DNA from: Octopus sinensis
Lineage: Eukaryota
DNA length: 64,000 nt
Reading direction: 5' to 3'
Assembly: GCF_006345805.1 (NCBI RefSeq)
Contig: NC_043006.1
Coordinates: 9,548,001 to 9,612,000, forward strand
Position numbers and translations under genes: made by a program. Positions within the stretch are counted from its first letter, which is position 1. Every line of letters begins with the position of its first letter. Positions 51,077-64,000 of the stretch are shown piece by piece. The notes below the pieces were generated by a model. It saw only the letters and a program-made list of their open reading frames with translations, was not told where the DNA came from and ran no database searches.

Positions 51077-51490
51077 GGCGCAGGAGTGGCTGTGTGGTAA
51101 GTAGCTTGCTAACCAGCCACATGGTTCCGGGTTCAGTCCCACTGCGTGGCATCTTGGGAAAGTGTCTTCTGCTATAACCCCGGGTCGACCAATGCCTTGT
51201 GAGTGGATTTGGTAGACGGAAACTGAAAGAAGCCTGTCGTATATATGTATATATATATGCGTCTGTGTTTGTTTGTGTGTCTGTGTTTGTCTCCCTAGCA
51301 TTGCTTGACAACCGATGCTGGTGTGTTTACGTCCCCGTCACTTAGCGGTTCGGCAAAAGAGACCGATATAATAAGTACTGGGCTTACAAAGAATAATTCC
51401 CGAAGTCGATTTGCTCGACTAAAGGCGGTGCTCCAGCATGGCCGCAGTCAAATGACTGAAACATGTAAAAGAGTAAAGAGTAAAGAGTAT
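51077..51490 (+). mobile_element. SINE family B
   Basis: Full copy with an (AAAGAGT)n tail. Confidence 0.93.
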
Positions 51491-52204
51491 AGCTTTTCGA
51501 TCCAGAACTTAACAAATTACACTAGCTATACAATATATCATCTATCACTTTTTATGGCATTCATCATTGAACTATATACTATAGAACTAGTACATCGGTG
51601 TACTTCTGGAAGTAAACGTAAGTAGCACAAACTTTATCGATACAATATCCACACGAAAGCAATTTAAAATGCCAAACCAATGATATAATAATTCATTAGA
51701 TGGAAATATTTCAAATAACCTAACTCTAATAATATTATATTGCCTTCTGTATCGTTCTGTTATTGTCACATAAATCATTACGTGCTAACAATTACTTTCA
51801 ATACATTTACAGAAATGATAGTTTTCTCTGTTTTCTAGATATCAAAATAGATATATAGAGTTTAATTTGTTATTTGCAATATTTATTGGAGTTTCAATTA
51901 CATGTTTACTAAAACTGTATGACACTATTATACATAATCATCCTCGAATTTTCTTATATTTTTTTGTATGTCATTCTCCCATCGCTCTACGGTCACCTAA
52001 ACTATTAACTATTGACTATTAACCCATTTATTACCACTTCGTCCAGTATACCAACTGTTCTACCGATTAATCTTTTTTATTTCATTTCTTTGAAAGTAAA
52101 GAATAACAAATTAGTTCTTCAGTGCTTTGTTGGTTTTCTATTTTGCAATACCGAAAGCTATTTTTTTTATTATATCATGGGTTTCGTATACATCAATCTT
52201 AAAA

Positions 52205-52525
52205 GACTCCGCCGGTTACGACGACGAGGGTCCCAGCTGATACGATCAACGGAACAGCTTGATCGTGAAATTAACGTGCAAATGGCTGAGCATTCCACAG
52301 ACACGTGTACCCTTAACGTAGTTCTCGGGGATAATCAGCGTGACACAGAGAGTGACAATGCTGACCCTTTGAAATACAAGTACAACTCATTTTTGCCAGC
52401 TGAGTGGACTGGAGCAACGTGAAATAAAGTGTCTTGTTCAAGGACACATCGCGTCGCCGGGAATCGAACTCACAACCTTACGATCATGAGCCGAATGCCC
52501 TAACCACTAAGCCACGCACCCTCAC
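52205..52525 (-). mobile_element. tRNA-derived SINE family C with a CORE-like domain
   Basis: Minus strand: TGGCTTAGTGG A box, GTTCGATTCC B box, TGTGTCCTTGAACAAGACACTT...CCAGTCCACTCAGCTG core; tail CCCTCGTCGTCGTAACCGGCGGAG. Confidence 0.88.
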
Positions 52526-53444
52526 TGGATTTCATATACATCAATATTGATCAGCTCACTACTAAGTTGATCATATTCTGACTTACGGATTAGCAAGGGC
52601 TACTTAGCATAATCTACCGTATCATATCAGCTGTCATGGACCCTACTAATCATATGAAGCGAAAAATATATATTTTGTATTTTATTTATTTCTTATTTGG
52701 GTACTTCAGCAATTGCATAGCTTAGTTCATACACGGTTTCCTTTTCCCAGTTAATAAATCAAGCCAGATATACCAAACAAAACCAGTCAAATCAGTCGAA
52801 TACCTAAACACCGTTTATCGGTTTCCTTTGTTTCTTTTTCGACAATCTACATTCTTACAGAAGGCAAGCTTATTCGCTTGGGTTTTGTTAATCAGTAATG
52901 TTCCGATCTCTGTAGAAAAAGAAAGAAGATAAATAGATTTCTAAAGGAACAACACAGTTCCTGCTTCTGCTGCAATAAGAATCTTTCAACACTTATTTTT
53001 TCCACTAACTTTCTTACATATGCTCACCATTTGGTTATCGATTTTTGCTATGTTATTGCAAAGCCTTTATCGATTTTTCTACATTCATGTTTATATTTTC
53101 TTATTTATTTAGTTAAGTTTAAGTTAGCCATCAACTAACAAAGGTAATACTGAAGTAAGTAACACTACTTTATTAAATATGAATGTTATTTATTTATTTC
53201 ATTCACAATATCATAAAATCGAGCATAGAAAAGTGAGGATTTACACAAACACACATAAACCAACACACGCGCGCATGCACACATATATAAACAGACGTAA
53301 CAGAAGTAAATAGACACCCTCATATCATTAACATTTATTAAAATCTGAAATCATATATTCAAATGATATATTGTCATAATGTATATATTTAATATTTAGT
53401 AGAAATGCCCTTAGCATTTTTCAATGCAAGGACCCTCTTAGGTA

Positions 53445-53881
53445 TACTCTTTTACTCTTTTACTTGTTTCAGTTATTTGACTGCGGCCATGCTGGAGCAC
53501 CGCCTTTAGTCGAGCAAATCGACCCCGGGACTTATCTTTTGTAAGCCCAGTACTTATTCTATCGGCCTCTTTTGCCGAACCGCTAAGTAACGGGGACATA
53601 AACACACCAGCTTCGGTTGTCAAGCAATGCTAGGGGGACATACACAGACACACAATCACACAAACACACACACACACACACACAAACACACATATATATA
53701 TATATATATACATATATACGACAGGCTTCTTTCAGTTTCCGTCTTCCAAATCCACTCACAAGTCATTGGTCGGCCCGGGGCTATAGCAGAAGACACTTGC
53801 CCAAGATGTCACGCCGTGGGACTGAACCCGGAACCATGTGGCTGGTTAGCAAGCAACTTACCACACATCCACTCCTGCGCC
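53445..53881 (-). mobile_element. SINE family B
   Basis: Full copy. Confidence 0.93.
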
Positions 53882-53904
53882 TATGTTAATGTCAGATAAC
53901 GAAT

Positions 53905-54700
53905 ACTTCTTGCAGAATTTCTTATCAAATTTCATTCAGTATTCTCAAACGATCTTGCTTTGAAAATGCTTTTCGTTCTTTTCCTGAATTGTCCTGACTT
54001 TTATATCCCAGAGGTTTTCAGTAGGCTTCATGCCTGGGGACTGGCTCGGCCATGGAAACATTTTAATGCCATTCTCATTCAACAAATCTTGGGTCATTTT
54101 AGCCGTGTGAAAAGGAGCCCCATGTACCATAAATAAAAGTCTCATTTAATCACTTCCCCACTAGAGAAGATGGAAGGAGTCCTTTCTGCAATACAGACAT
54201 ATATTTATTGAAGTATAACTTATCCTCACACTCCACCAGGTCTGAACAGACATTGCTCCAAATTTCCCCCCAGACCATCACAGAACAGCTGCCGTGTTCT
54301 ATTGTTGGCCGCAATCTTTTCGCATCAAATTCTAGATCACAGTCTCTAGACCAACACTCGAACAGTGTCAGGAAATACAGAAAATATGGACTCATCAGAA
54401 ATTATGAGTGTCCCAAAATGCTAGTGGCTTTCCAACCATCTCCCTGCCCCAATCTTTTCTGCCCTCGATGTTGGTTGGTCGAAGTAGTGGCTTCTTTCTT
54501 GCTGCTCTACTATAGTAACCAAATTTGTGGAGCTATCTGACGGCAGTTCAAGAACTGACATCAACTTGTTCTCCGATGTTAGAGGCTTTGCGACAAGCGC
54601 TATCCTCCAAACTTCTCTTGACAACAGAAAGGGTCCTGTCAGAGGTCTCTAGTTGATCTGGGCGCTGTGATGTCGCTTCCTCCCCCACTCTGGTTTCCCA
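53905..54700 (-). pseudogene. Tc1-family DD34E transposase relic
   Basis: IISDESIF, PTIEHGSCSVMVWGEIW, HGAPFHTAK and WPSQSPGMKPTENLW across shifted frames. Confidence 0.9.
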
Positions 54701-55086
54701 ATCACTCTATTAACTGCAGCAAGTAGGATCCGATGGCTTCCCTTGATTTTATGCTGACTATGTCCACCTTCAGAATGACTCATATACGACATCTCTAAAA
54801 TTATTCAGGCAGTTCTAAGGGCTCTTTTTTTGATAGCACGATTAAACAGTCAACGTTTAAAGATCTAGAACATAAAAATGTCAATTAATAGAAAATATAA
54901 ACCTCTACAAGTTAGAATAAGCATAAAACTAAGTTTTATGAGGTGTCTATTTAGTTCAGTCGTCTATGTGTATATGCAAGGGTTTTGCGCGCGGTGGCGA
55001 CTCTGTGTGTGAGTGCGTGTTCGAATGTGTGTGTGTGTGTAAGTGCGTGTGTGAGTTTATGTGTGCGTCTATGGTTATATGTGTGA

Positions 55087-55147
<61 letters not shown>

Positions 55148-55149
<2 letters not shown>

Positions 55150-55566
55150 CGCAGGCGTGGCTGTGTGGTAAGTAGCTTGCTAACCAACCACATGGTTCCG
55201 GGTTCAGTCCCACTGCGTGGCATCTTAGGTAAGTGTCTTCTGCTATAGCCCCGGGCCGACCAATGCTTTGTGAGTGGATTTGGTAGACGGAAACTGAAAG
55301 AAGCCCGTCGTATATATGTATATATATATAAGTGTGTGTCTATATGTTTGTGTTCCTGTGTTTGTCCCCCCCAGCATTGCTTGACAACCGATGCTGGTGA
55401 GTTTACGTCCCCGTCACTTAGCGGTTCGGCAAAAGAGACCGATAGAATAAGTACTGGGCTTACAAAGAATAAGTTCCGGGGTCGATTTACTCAACTAAAG
55501 GCTGTGCTCCAGCATGGCCGCAGTCAAATGACTGAAACAAGTAAAAGAGTAAAAGAGTAAAAAGTA
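55148..55566 (+). mobile_element. SINE family B
   Basis: Full copy between (TA)n tracts. Confidence 0.93.
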
Positions 55567-56241
55567 TATATATATATATATATACTATGTGGCCGGTATT
55601 TTCAACTAAAACATTACAACAATATCTGATACTTCAAGCGCTACAGTTCTGTGAATATGAATATATTCACTAGATTGCTAATATTTGTCAATTTTTTATC
55701 TCATTGTTTTGATAATGCCAAATTCTATCGTTACTTTCTATCATTTTACGTTCTACAGAAACAAGCCTATATGTAACTGCAAGTCTTTGCCGCAAACAAA
55801 TTTCATTCCCAAATAACGTGGTTATACTTACCCTTTCAACTGCTTGAAGACTCGCCTTGGTATTTCCACTTCTTTTTCCGGTTGGTTAATACGATCCATG
55901 TGGCATTTTGTAGGTGAAAATGGCGCACTGAAATATATTATATCATCCGGAATTAGATTACTCGGAATATATTTCGGTAAATGGAAATGAAATACATTGG
56001 TGACATTTGAATTTAAGATACATGTTTCACATTAATTACTTAGAGAACAATCATTTTGTTTAAAACTTGACATTATATTAATTGTTATTTACCAAGTCGT
56101 GACTGTGAGCAAAATATATTTTAGTACGTTTCAAATACATTGCGTTATTGAGTGTAAACTCTGATTGCTAGGCATATGTGCAAACATGTACATACTAACA
56201 ACACACTCAGGCGCACACAACAATACACACAAATAGGCATA

Positions 56242-56297
<56 letters not shown>

Positions 56298-56578
56298 ATA
56301 GATAGATAGATATATACGCATATATATGCATATGCATGTATAAATGTATACATAAGATATAATGTAATATATATATATATATATATACATACATATATAT
56401 AATATATATATATATATAATTATATAATCTATATATATATATATATATATAAAAGAAAGGGAAAACAACAATAAATTGAACAATTATAAATTTAATTTAA
56501 TTTAATTTAAATATTTAAATTCTTCGGATATTTAATATTCCTTCGGTGAAATTTATACCTAGGTATATATATATATAC

Positions 56579-56626
<48 letters not shown>

Positions 56627-56668
56627 AGTATATGTGTATGTATGTAAGTATATGTGTATGTATATATG

Positions 56669-56930
56669 TAGGGGTTGGACAAAATAATGGAGGCACCTTC
56701 AAATTTCAAACAAACTTATTACAATATAAGGCAGGACCGCGTTTGGCAGTAATTACAGCTTGAATTCCACCAGCTATGGACTGGTACAAAATTTGATTTC
56801 TATCCAAATAAATTGTTGTTCATTCTTCAGCTAAAACAATCTCCAGTTCTCGTTGGGATGATGGGGGATATATCGACTTCTGACTTGTTTTACTAAAATG
56901 CACCATAAATGTTCACTAATATTGAGATCA
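56669..56930 (-). mobile_element. Tc1-like element right end (TIR plus transposase C-terminus)
   Basis: TIR-like GGGGTTGGACAAAATAATGGAGGCACC; minus strand DLNISEHLWCILVKQVRSRY. Confidence 0.75.
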
Positions 56931-57875
56931 TATAACCTATTGCAGCCGTCTCTGAGGCTAAGCTCTTCATGGATACGAGTCGTTGGTCACTGTATGACAG
57001 GACATATAATTATCTTCTCATACTTTTGTATACATATAAATCTGTGTGTCTGTGTGCGTATGTATGTAGATAGATAGAGTGATGTATACATACATATACT
57101 TCTCTTTCCCTATATATATATGTATGTGTGTGTGTAAGTGTGTGTGCGTGTGTGTGGATGTATGCACGTATGTATGACGACTGCACTGGAAACTAGTGCA
57201 TGCAAAGTGAACACTTAAACACAACCATGCATATATCTATATAATTCCCTTATATTTAACATAGCGCAGACATACGTAATTTCACACACATATACAGTCA
57301 CGTACATAGGTACATAGCAATACACGAGCATTGAGATATGTGAATATATGTTAAGAACTGTATGCTTTGGAAAGTAAAACAAAACGCAATCGCTCACATG
57401 CACGCATTATCAGACATAGATTACGAGATATATGGAATATGTGCTGCACACGCGTGTATGGTAATATACTTTCGAAGTTCCTTGAAGAACCTAAATATAT
57501 AAACATTTACGAAAATAAAATCAATGCGTGGACAAATTTGATTTTAGTTTGAAATCTTTCTTTAAGACGAAGTTATAAAACGATTTTCAGCCGTAATTTA
57601 ATGGCACGTTGAAGTAAATAAGTATTGGGAATGTAGGGTAAAGCATGAATTAAGACATTTGTGTTTGAGGAAAATTTCATTTCAAGGCATAATTTCTATT
57701 AGATTATAGAATGCAGGTTATAATTTGGTCCGAATGTGATTGGGTACCTATAGTTCTGTGTGTAAAATGAGTTCTGGCGTAGAGGTCTCAGATGTATATG
57801 TGCGCGTCTATGCATAGATGTTTCTTTCGTTATATCTACCTATCAATCAATATAGGTAGTGTATATATGCGTGTA

Positions 57876-57950
<75 letters not shown>

Positions 57951-57972
57951 ATGCACATATACATATATATAT

Positions 57973-58006
<34 letters not shown>

Positions 58007-58946
58007 AGTATATATATATATATGTATATGCACATATACATATGTATATAAACATTCATGTGTATATATGTATAAGCACATGCACATATATATACATATA
58101 TATATATCGAGAAAAATGTTAAGCAATCATAATTTAATATATTGAATTAGCGCTTATGCAGTACGAGAGTAGTTCAGAAAGTTCGAGAGATCAATTTTCA
58201 ACATGTCGTTTAATATATTATCTAAAGTACACAGCCTTCCAGGAGCAATACCAGTAAGTAATAATTTTGTTTAATAAAATGTTTAAAGCAGAATATTTGG
58301 GGAAAGAAACGATATAACATTTTGTACATTAAAAATATTTTTTTCCTCTACAGCTGTTTCATTTTCAACCAGATAACAATCAGTAATGCATTTAAGAACT
58401 AGATAAACTTATTCTTAATATATTGAGATAGCATTGTATGAGAGAGTAAGAGGCATAGAGCGAAGCATATATAATATTTAAAACTTGCAATGAGATATTT
58501 TGTTTCTTAATACGCAAAATACACACATAAACACACACACACACACACACACATACACACACACATATATTTATATATATATATGTACAATAAAAGGCTT
58601 CCAAATAAGGAAGCGTTGTGCTAGAACACAAAAAGGAATAAATTCATATAAAGGAATGAAAATTAAAAACAGTTACCATCTCACCTACATCCCAGACCGA
58701 CGGTTTCTACCTATTTTTTTTGAAAACAAACAAAACATATTTGCCAAGGTCAGGTTCTTCACTGCGATACCTTCGTAATCCTAGATGCACAGACTTTTAT
58801 TACCCTATTTTATTATATATATATATATATATTTCTATATTTATAAATACACACAAACATGCGCACACAGGGACACTCACGCACGCATTTTCTCACACTC
58901 ACACAAACGCAGAGTTGTATATATACCCCCCCCACACACCAAATAC

Positions 58947-59038
<92 letters not shown>

Positions 59039-59197
59039 ATATATACAAATTGTGAATGCAACCCTCCATGGGATAACATTTATCCAATCTACTGCTAGTG
59101 AAGTACCCAACAAAGTTAATACATAAATGTTAAAAATTGCGATGCAATTAATTCATTCACTGTATTATATGGGCAAAGGTTTTACTACAAATTCATA

Positions 59198-59655
59198 ATA
59201 CAAAATAAGAAAATGGAGAAATACATCCACATCAAATATCAACTACCAGATAATACCCAGTCACATACTTTATTAAACCACTACATAAGAAACTTTAAGG
59301 TCAAACATAATAATATAGAACAAAACAGTGTACATAAAGGAGTCTACATGCAGGAGTAAATATGATACTATAAGTACAATATGTATAAGAGAATATAAAT
59401 ATAAATAAATCTAAATATAAATATAAACACAATGATGTAGTTTATATTTATATTTATATTTATTTATATTTATATTCTCTTATACATATTGTACTTATTG
59501 TATCATATTACTCCTTTATGTACACTGTTTTGTTCTATATTATTATCTTTGACCTTAAAGTTTCTTATGTAGTAGTTTAATAAAGTATGTGATTGAGTAT
59601 TATCTGGTAGTTGATATTTGATTTGAATGTATTTCTCCATTTTCTTATTTTGTAT
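59198..59655. repeat. Long AT-rich inverted repeat (arms about 220 bp, loop about 15 bp)
   Basis: About 59198-59426 is the reverse complement of about 59442-59655, with few mismatches and one short indel. Confidence 0.9.
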
Positions 59656-59898
59656 ATATTCTATATATATATATATATATATATTAGATATATATATATA
59701 TATATATATGTGTGTGGGTGTGTGTGTGTGTGTGTGTGTGTTGTTGTGCTGTGTTGTGTGTGTATCTGACTTCACAACATACAATATACACATAAATTAG
59801 AATGTTCTCTGACTTCTCAGATTTTTTGTATGCCTGGATTACTGTTTTAAATTGATATTAAATTTAATATTAATTTATCTCCCTCATTATTTAATATA

Positions 59899-59932
<34 letters not shown>

Positions 59933-60208
59933 GTATGTATGTATATATGTATGTATTTATGCGTGTGAACTTGCATACATTCAAAGTTGTTAACTTTACT
60001 TCTAAACGAACATTCCATTCTTTTATGAACTATAAACTTACCTTATTTATATTTAAATTTCCTGTATCATCTCTATTTAAGTAATTCATTTATTCTTCTA
60101 ATTCTATTTACCTCCTCTATCTCCTCTGCAATCAACATGTAAACCCCTCTCCCGAACACAACAATAACAATCATAAACAGTAACGTTCATTCTACTATCA
60201 TGAATCCT

Positions 60209-60264
<56 letters not shown>

Positions 60265-60599
60265 AAGAGTGAGGGAGGGAGAGACATAAATCCCGATTTT
60301 TATCGAAGAGCCTCTCATGGTTGCAAAATATTGTAGATGGCTTTGTCTCAGTATTAGCAACACTCTCTAGTTATTGCTTCGCAAAAGAACGAGCAGGAGT
60401 GATCATATTCTTCTGAAGAATTGCTTGTGAGTAGTAGTCGTAGCTGCCTTTTATATACATAGTTGCACGTCTAGTAGTTGTGACCTCAGCAAGAGTTACA
60501 GTGGGTTTGGTTATAATTTGCTCCTTTTTCTCTCCAAAAGTTATTTGACAACGTTCGCTACTGGTTTATGAAGGCTGTTTCGATCCTGCTGCTTTGTCG

Positions 60600-61750
60600 T
60601 TGCATTATGTTGATACGGGAAAATCGTATGTTGTTTGTTTTTTAATCCCCCATATGTGTTTATGTTCAATGCCTACTCTTTGTATTTCCGGTAATTAATT
60701 TCTGATCTATGCATAATGACGTGTTGGCATTAACATCAACCCGAAGATTTTATTTAATGCTCTCCAAATCTTAAGCCCACAATAACATAAATTAAGCTTT
60801 CAGATGCACATAGGAATATAGCGAAAATGTGTCCTCGCATAAATTGGATCACCGATCTTTCTGTCAAAATATAACACATATCATTTGGACCTTTCGCATT
60901 GTTTTCCAATTAGTTCTATTCTTATTATGTTCACTTTGCTTGTGTTGCTATTTTTCCATCGATTTTTGTTGGATTTTTATCCTTCGCATGTGTCCTTTTT
61001 CAGCTTTACAGAATGTTATACGTTTGGTCTCATCGTTTTGGGACGAGTGGGTAGATATGTATGATAATAATTATAATTGCGATTTATTCTCGTTTTGGTT
61101 GTGTTAATTCCTGGATATAGAAGTGCTGGGTTTACATTCCATTATCGATTAAAGAATGTAATTCATGCAAAGGAATACTTCCTTTAGTACTTGATTTCAT
61201 GGATATTGGATATAAAAGCGCATATCCTTTTGGCTAGATTATATATGCGAGTTTTATATTATGTTGTGTATCGAATGCCTTCACTGGGATGGGAAACATT
61301 AACTGCAGTCCGTAGGTTTATGGTAAATATTCGCTTTTTATATGGTTGTTGACTTTAATTATTAGGATGGATAGAAATTGTAGTTAAATATGGATATTCT
61401 CCGCGGGGAATTGTACATTTTTATTAACTTCATGAAGGAGGTCTTTCAACATCTCCGTATTTCTCTATTCTTTCGTTCTAGAGAATGAAACAATTGTTCT
61501 GGTGCATGTTCCCGTTTGTGTGCATATTTTTTCCATATTTTATTCGTGATTGTTTGTACACTTTAATTTCCAGATAGCCTATAACTATAACCAGATTTGA
61601 AACGGAGAATGCAATTTTCTTCTCATTGCAGCTCCAGGTTGTTGTCGAAAATGATTTGGTCGGATATAAAATAGATATTCTCTCGAATAAATTTTAGAGC
61701 TTCCATTATATCAAGCGCATTATTTTACTCAGATAATACACAGGATTAAA
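60600..61750 (-). pseudogene. Decayed Penelope-like RT relic related to the 23-24 kb element
   Basis: Minus strand across frameshifts: NLVIVIGYLEIKVYKQSRIKYGK, NIYHKPTD, YNLAKR; collinear with GYLEQQLY...YYKHTD...YCLARR. Confidence 0.7.
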
Positions 61751-62532
61751 AGAACATATTGACATACGGGCAGTGAACTAAACAATCACAATGCATCAAC
61801 AAAAATAAACGAAAGAAAAAATAATCTTCATAAAAAAATACCGACGACTGGTAAATATCTGTGGGAGAGCAAGTCAGGAAACAAACGGCAATTCTGTATT
61901 GAAATTTTTTTCTGAACAAGACACTACTGCCTCTGATATTACTTACAATAACACGACCTAAGCTATTAAAGTCACTAGCATTTCTTGTGTCGACAAGCAT
62001 GACTTTCCACGCTTTGTGTGATGCGCTACTGAAAATCACTCCTGCTTCTAGTACGACCAGCCCAAAGCAGACGAAAACTGAATTTCAGTGCCATAAGCAA
62101 CACGTAAAATTCCAAAGCTGATAAAGAAATATATTACTTTATATTATTCATTTCAATATTATGTCAACATGACTAGAAGGACTACTAAAGCAATTGAACG
62201 CCGCTGCATATCTGGGTTGCTAGCTTCGAGAACCTTCAAGCGCATTAAGACGCCGTACCCATACTAGCTATAAGATAGTTCGTCTTTTCGGTAATAAATA
62301 TTGTAGGTTAATGGGGTATACGTATTCTCTCGTTCAAAGTAGGCAATTCAGGAAAGTAGCTTCAGTTGTTTGCATAGCACTTATACCACCTAGCCTATAT
62401 ATATATATGCCATCTTCAACTATATGCCATCTTCAATGTCCTCAAAACTATGCACAGGCTCCTAGACACTGATGAGATGGACGTATTGTACACGGTCAGA
62501 AAGTTTTAAGTCATGTGGAGCCGATTCTTATA

Positions 62533-62579
<47 letters not shown>

Positions 62580-62596
62580 ATATATATATATAGATA

Positions 62597-62633
<37 letters not shown>

Positions 62634-62996
62634 TACACATGTTTATATATACTTTGTATATATATATATATATATATATAGTGTGTGTGTGTGTGTGTGT
62701 GTGAGGGTGTGTGTGTATGCATGTAAATAATTTATGAATGAATATCTAATAAGCGAATGCAGTGAGATTAAAATCAACACTTTTCTTTCTTTCACCATAT
62801 GTCTACTTATTAGCGATGTGTCATGTAAAATATTGTTTTAATATTTTAACCATGCAATTAAATTGTTTTGATTTACAGTCAGGTGTCTTTTGGCTAACCC
62901 TGTAAAGATTATATTTATACCAGGGGGAGAGAGAGAGTTACATATGTGTATACATATACATATACACATACACATACAACACCCATAATACACATG

Positions 62997-63089
<93 letters not shown>

Positions 63090-63675
63090 CAATATATATA
63101 TATTATAAAGATATTAGACACTTATACTCGTTTTTATTCATGGTTAGTTAGTGGATTTTTTATTGTTTTGTTTATTGCATTTTAGAATTGTTGACGAATT
63201 TTGTCCATTATTTCCCTGATGAAATTGATACAAATAAATATGATTTTTTAAAATAAATTCTTTATTATGTATGAATCGAAACAATTTGTAGGATTATTAT
63301 TTGTAGTTATATTCATATTATATTACATTATATTATATTATATTATATTATATTATATTATATATATTATTTTACATTCATTGTAATATAATATTATGCT
63401 AATAAATCAAATTTAAAATATCTTAATCGGAAATTCCCCATTTTCTCTTAATTTTTGTACATTGAATGTATATCTTTTTGAGTTTTGAAAAAGTTTTTCT
63501 CTGCAATCTTAGGTATTTACTGAAAAATCTTTGGAAAATTGGATTTTTCCCATCCCCATTAAAGCAACTATTTTCCTTGTATTGAATTATATATATCCAT
63601 ATTGAAATGAATAAATGTGGATGCAATGTGTTGTCCTCATGTGCCTCTTGAGCCCAGTGGATGTTTTTCACATGC

Positions 63676-63911
63676 TTATTTCTTTATTGCCCGCAAGGGA
63701 CTAAACATAGAGGGGTCAAACAAGGACAGTCAAAGAGATTAAGTCGATTACATCAACCGCAGTACGCAACTGGTACTTAATTTATCGACCCCGAAAGGAT
63801 GAAAGATGGAGTCGACCTCGGTGGAATTTGGACTCGGACAGAATATAACGGCAAACGAAATAAAGCTAAGCATTTCGCCCGGCGTGCTAACGTTTCTGCC
63901 AGCTCGCCGCC
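63676..63911 (-). mobile_element. SINE family A
   Basis: Full reverse-complement copy. Confidence 0.92.
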
Positions 63912-64000
63912 TAAGTTTTTAAGGTTTGTACATTCGTTTAGATAGTGAACAGCAGTGCTAGATCACAGACGAAAAAGGTGCCACAATATGAACTCTTTCG

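Noticed and set aside
62022-62092. Hammerhead-like CUGAAAA...hairpin...CGAAA
   Set aside because: The core G8 is missing and stems I and III are unconvincing; at best a dead relic.

Overview
AT-rich, gene-poor metazoan DNA. The SINE families and repeat landscape point to an octopod cephalopod (Octopus); this is an inference. No host protein-coding gene can be confidently assigned, only a few weak exon candidates. The window is dominated by retroelements and their debris: a near full-length RTE-clade LINE (about 17.9-21.7 kb, +), a CR1-type LINE (about 27.0-30.3 kb, -), several R4/Dong-type fragments in (TAA)n tracts, Penelope-like elements (PLEs; RT + GIY-YIG), Tc1/mariner relics, four tRNA-derived SINE families and many microsatellites. 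Most listed ORFs are microsatellite or antisense artefacts. Most interesting: (1) several minimal type I hammerhead ribozymes in PLE terminal repeats, two of them inside long fold-back palindromes; (2) a roughly 900-bp fold-back copy of a neighbouring PLE-terminal array (12.72-13.62 kb) carrying dense, strand-polarised A>G substitutions that spare GA dinucleotides. It looks like an ADAR-hyperedited RNA written back into the genome, and it joins an unedited tail at the hammerhead cleavage triplet. All alignments and counts were done by eye.
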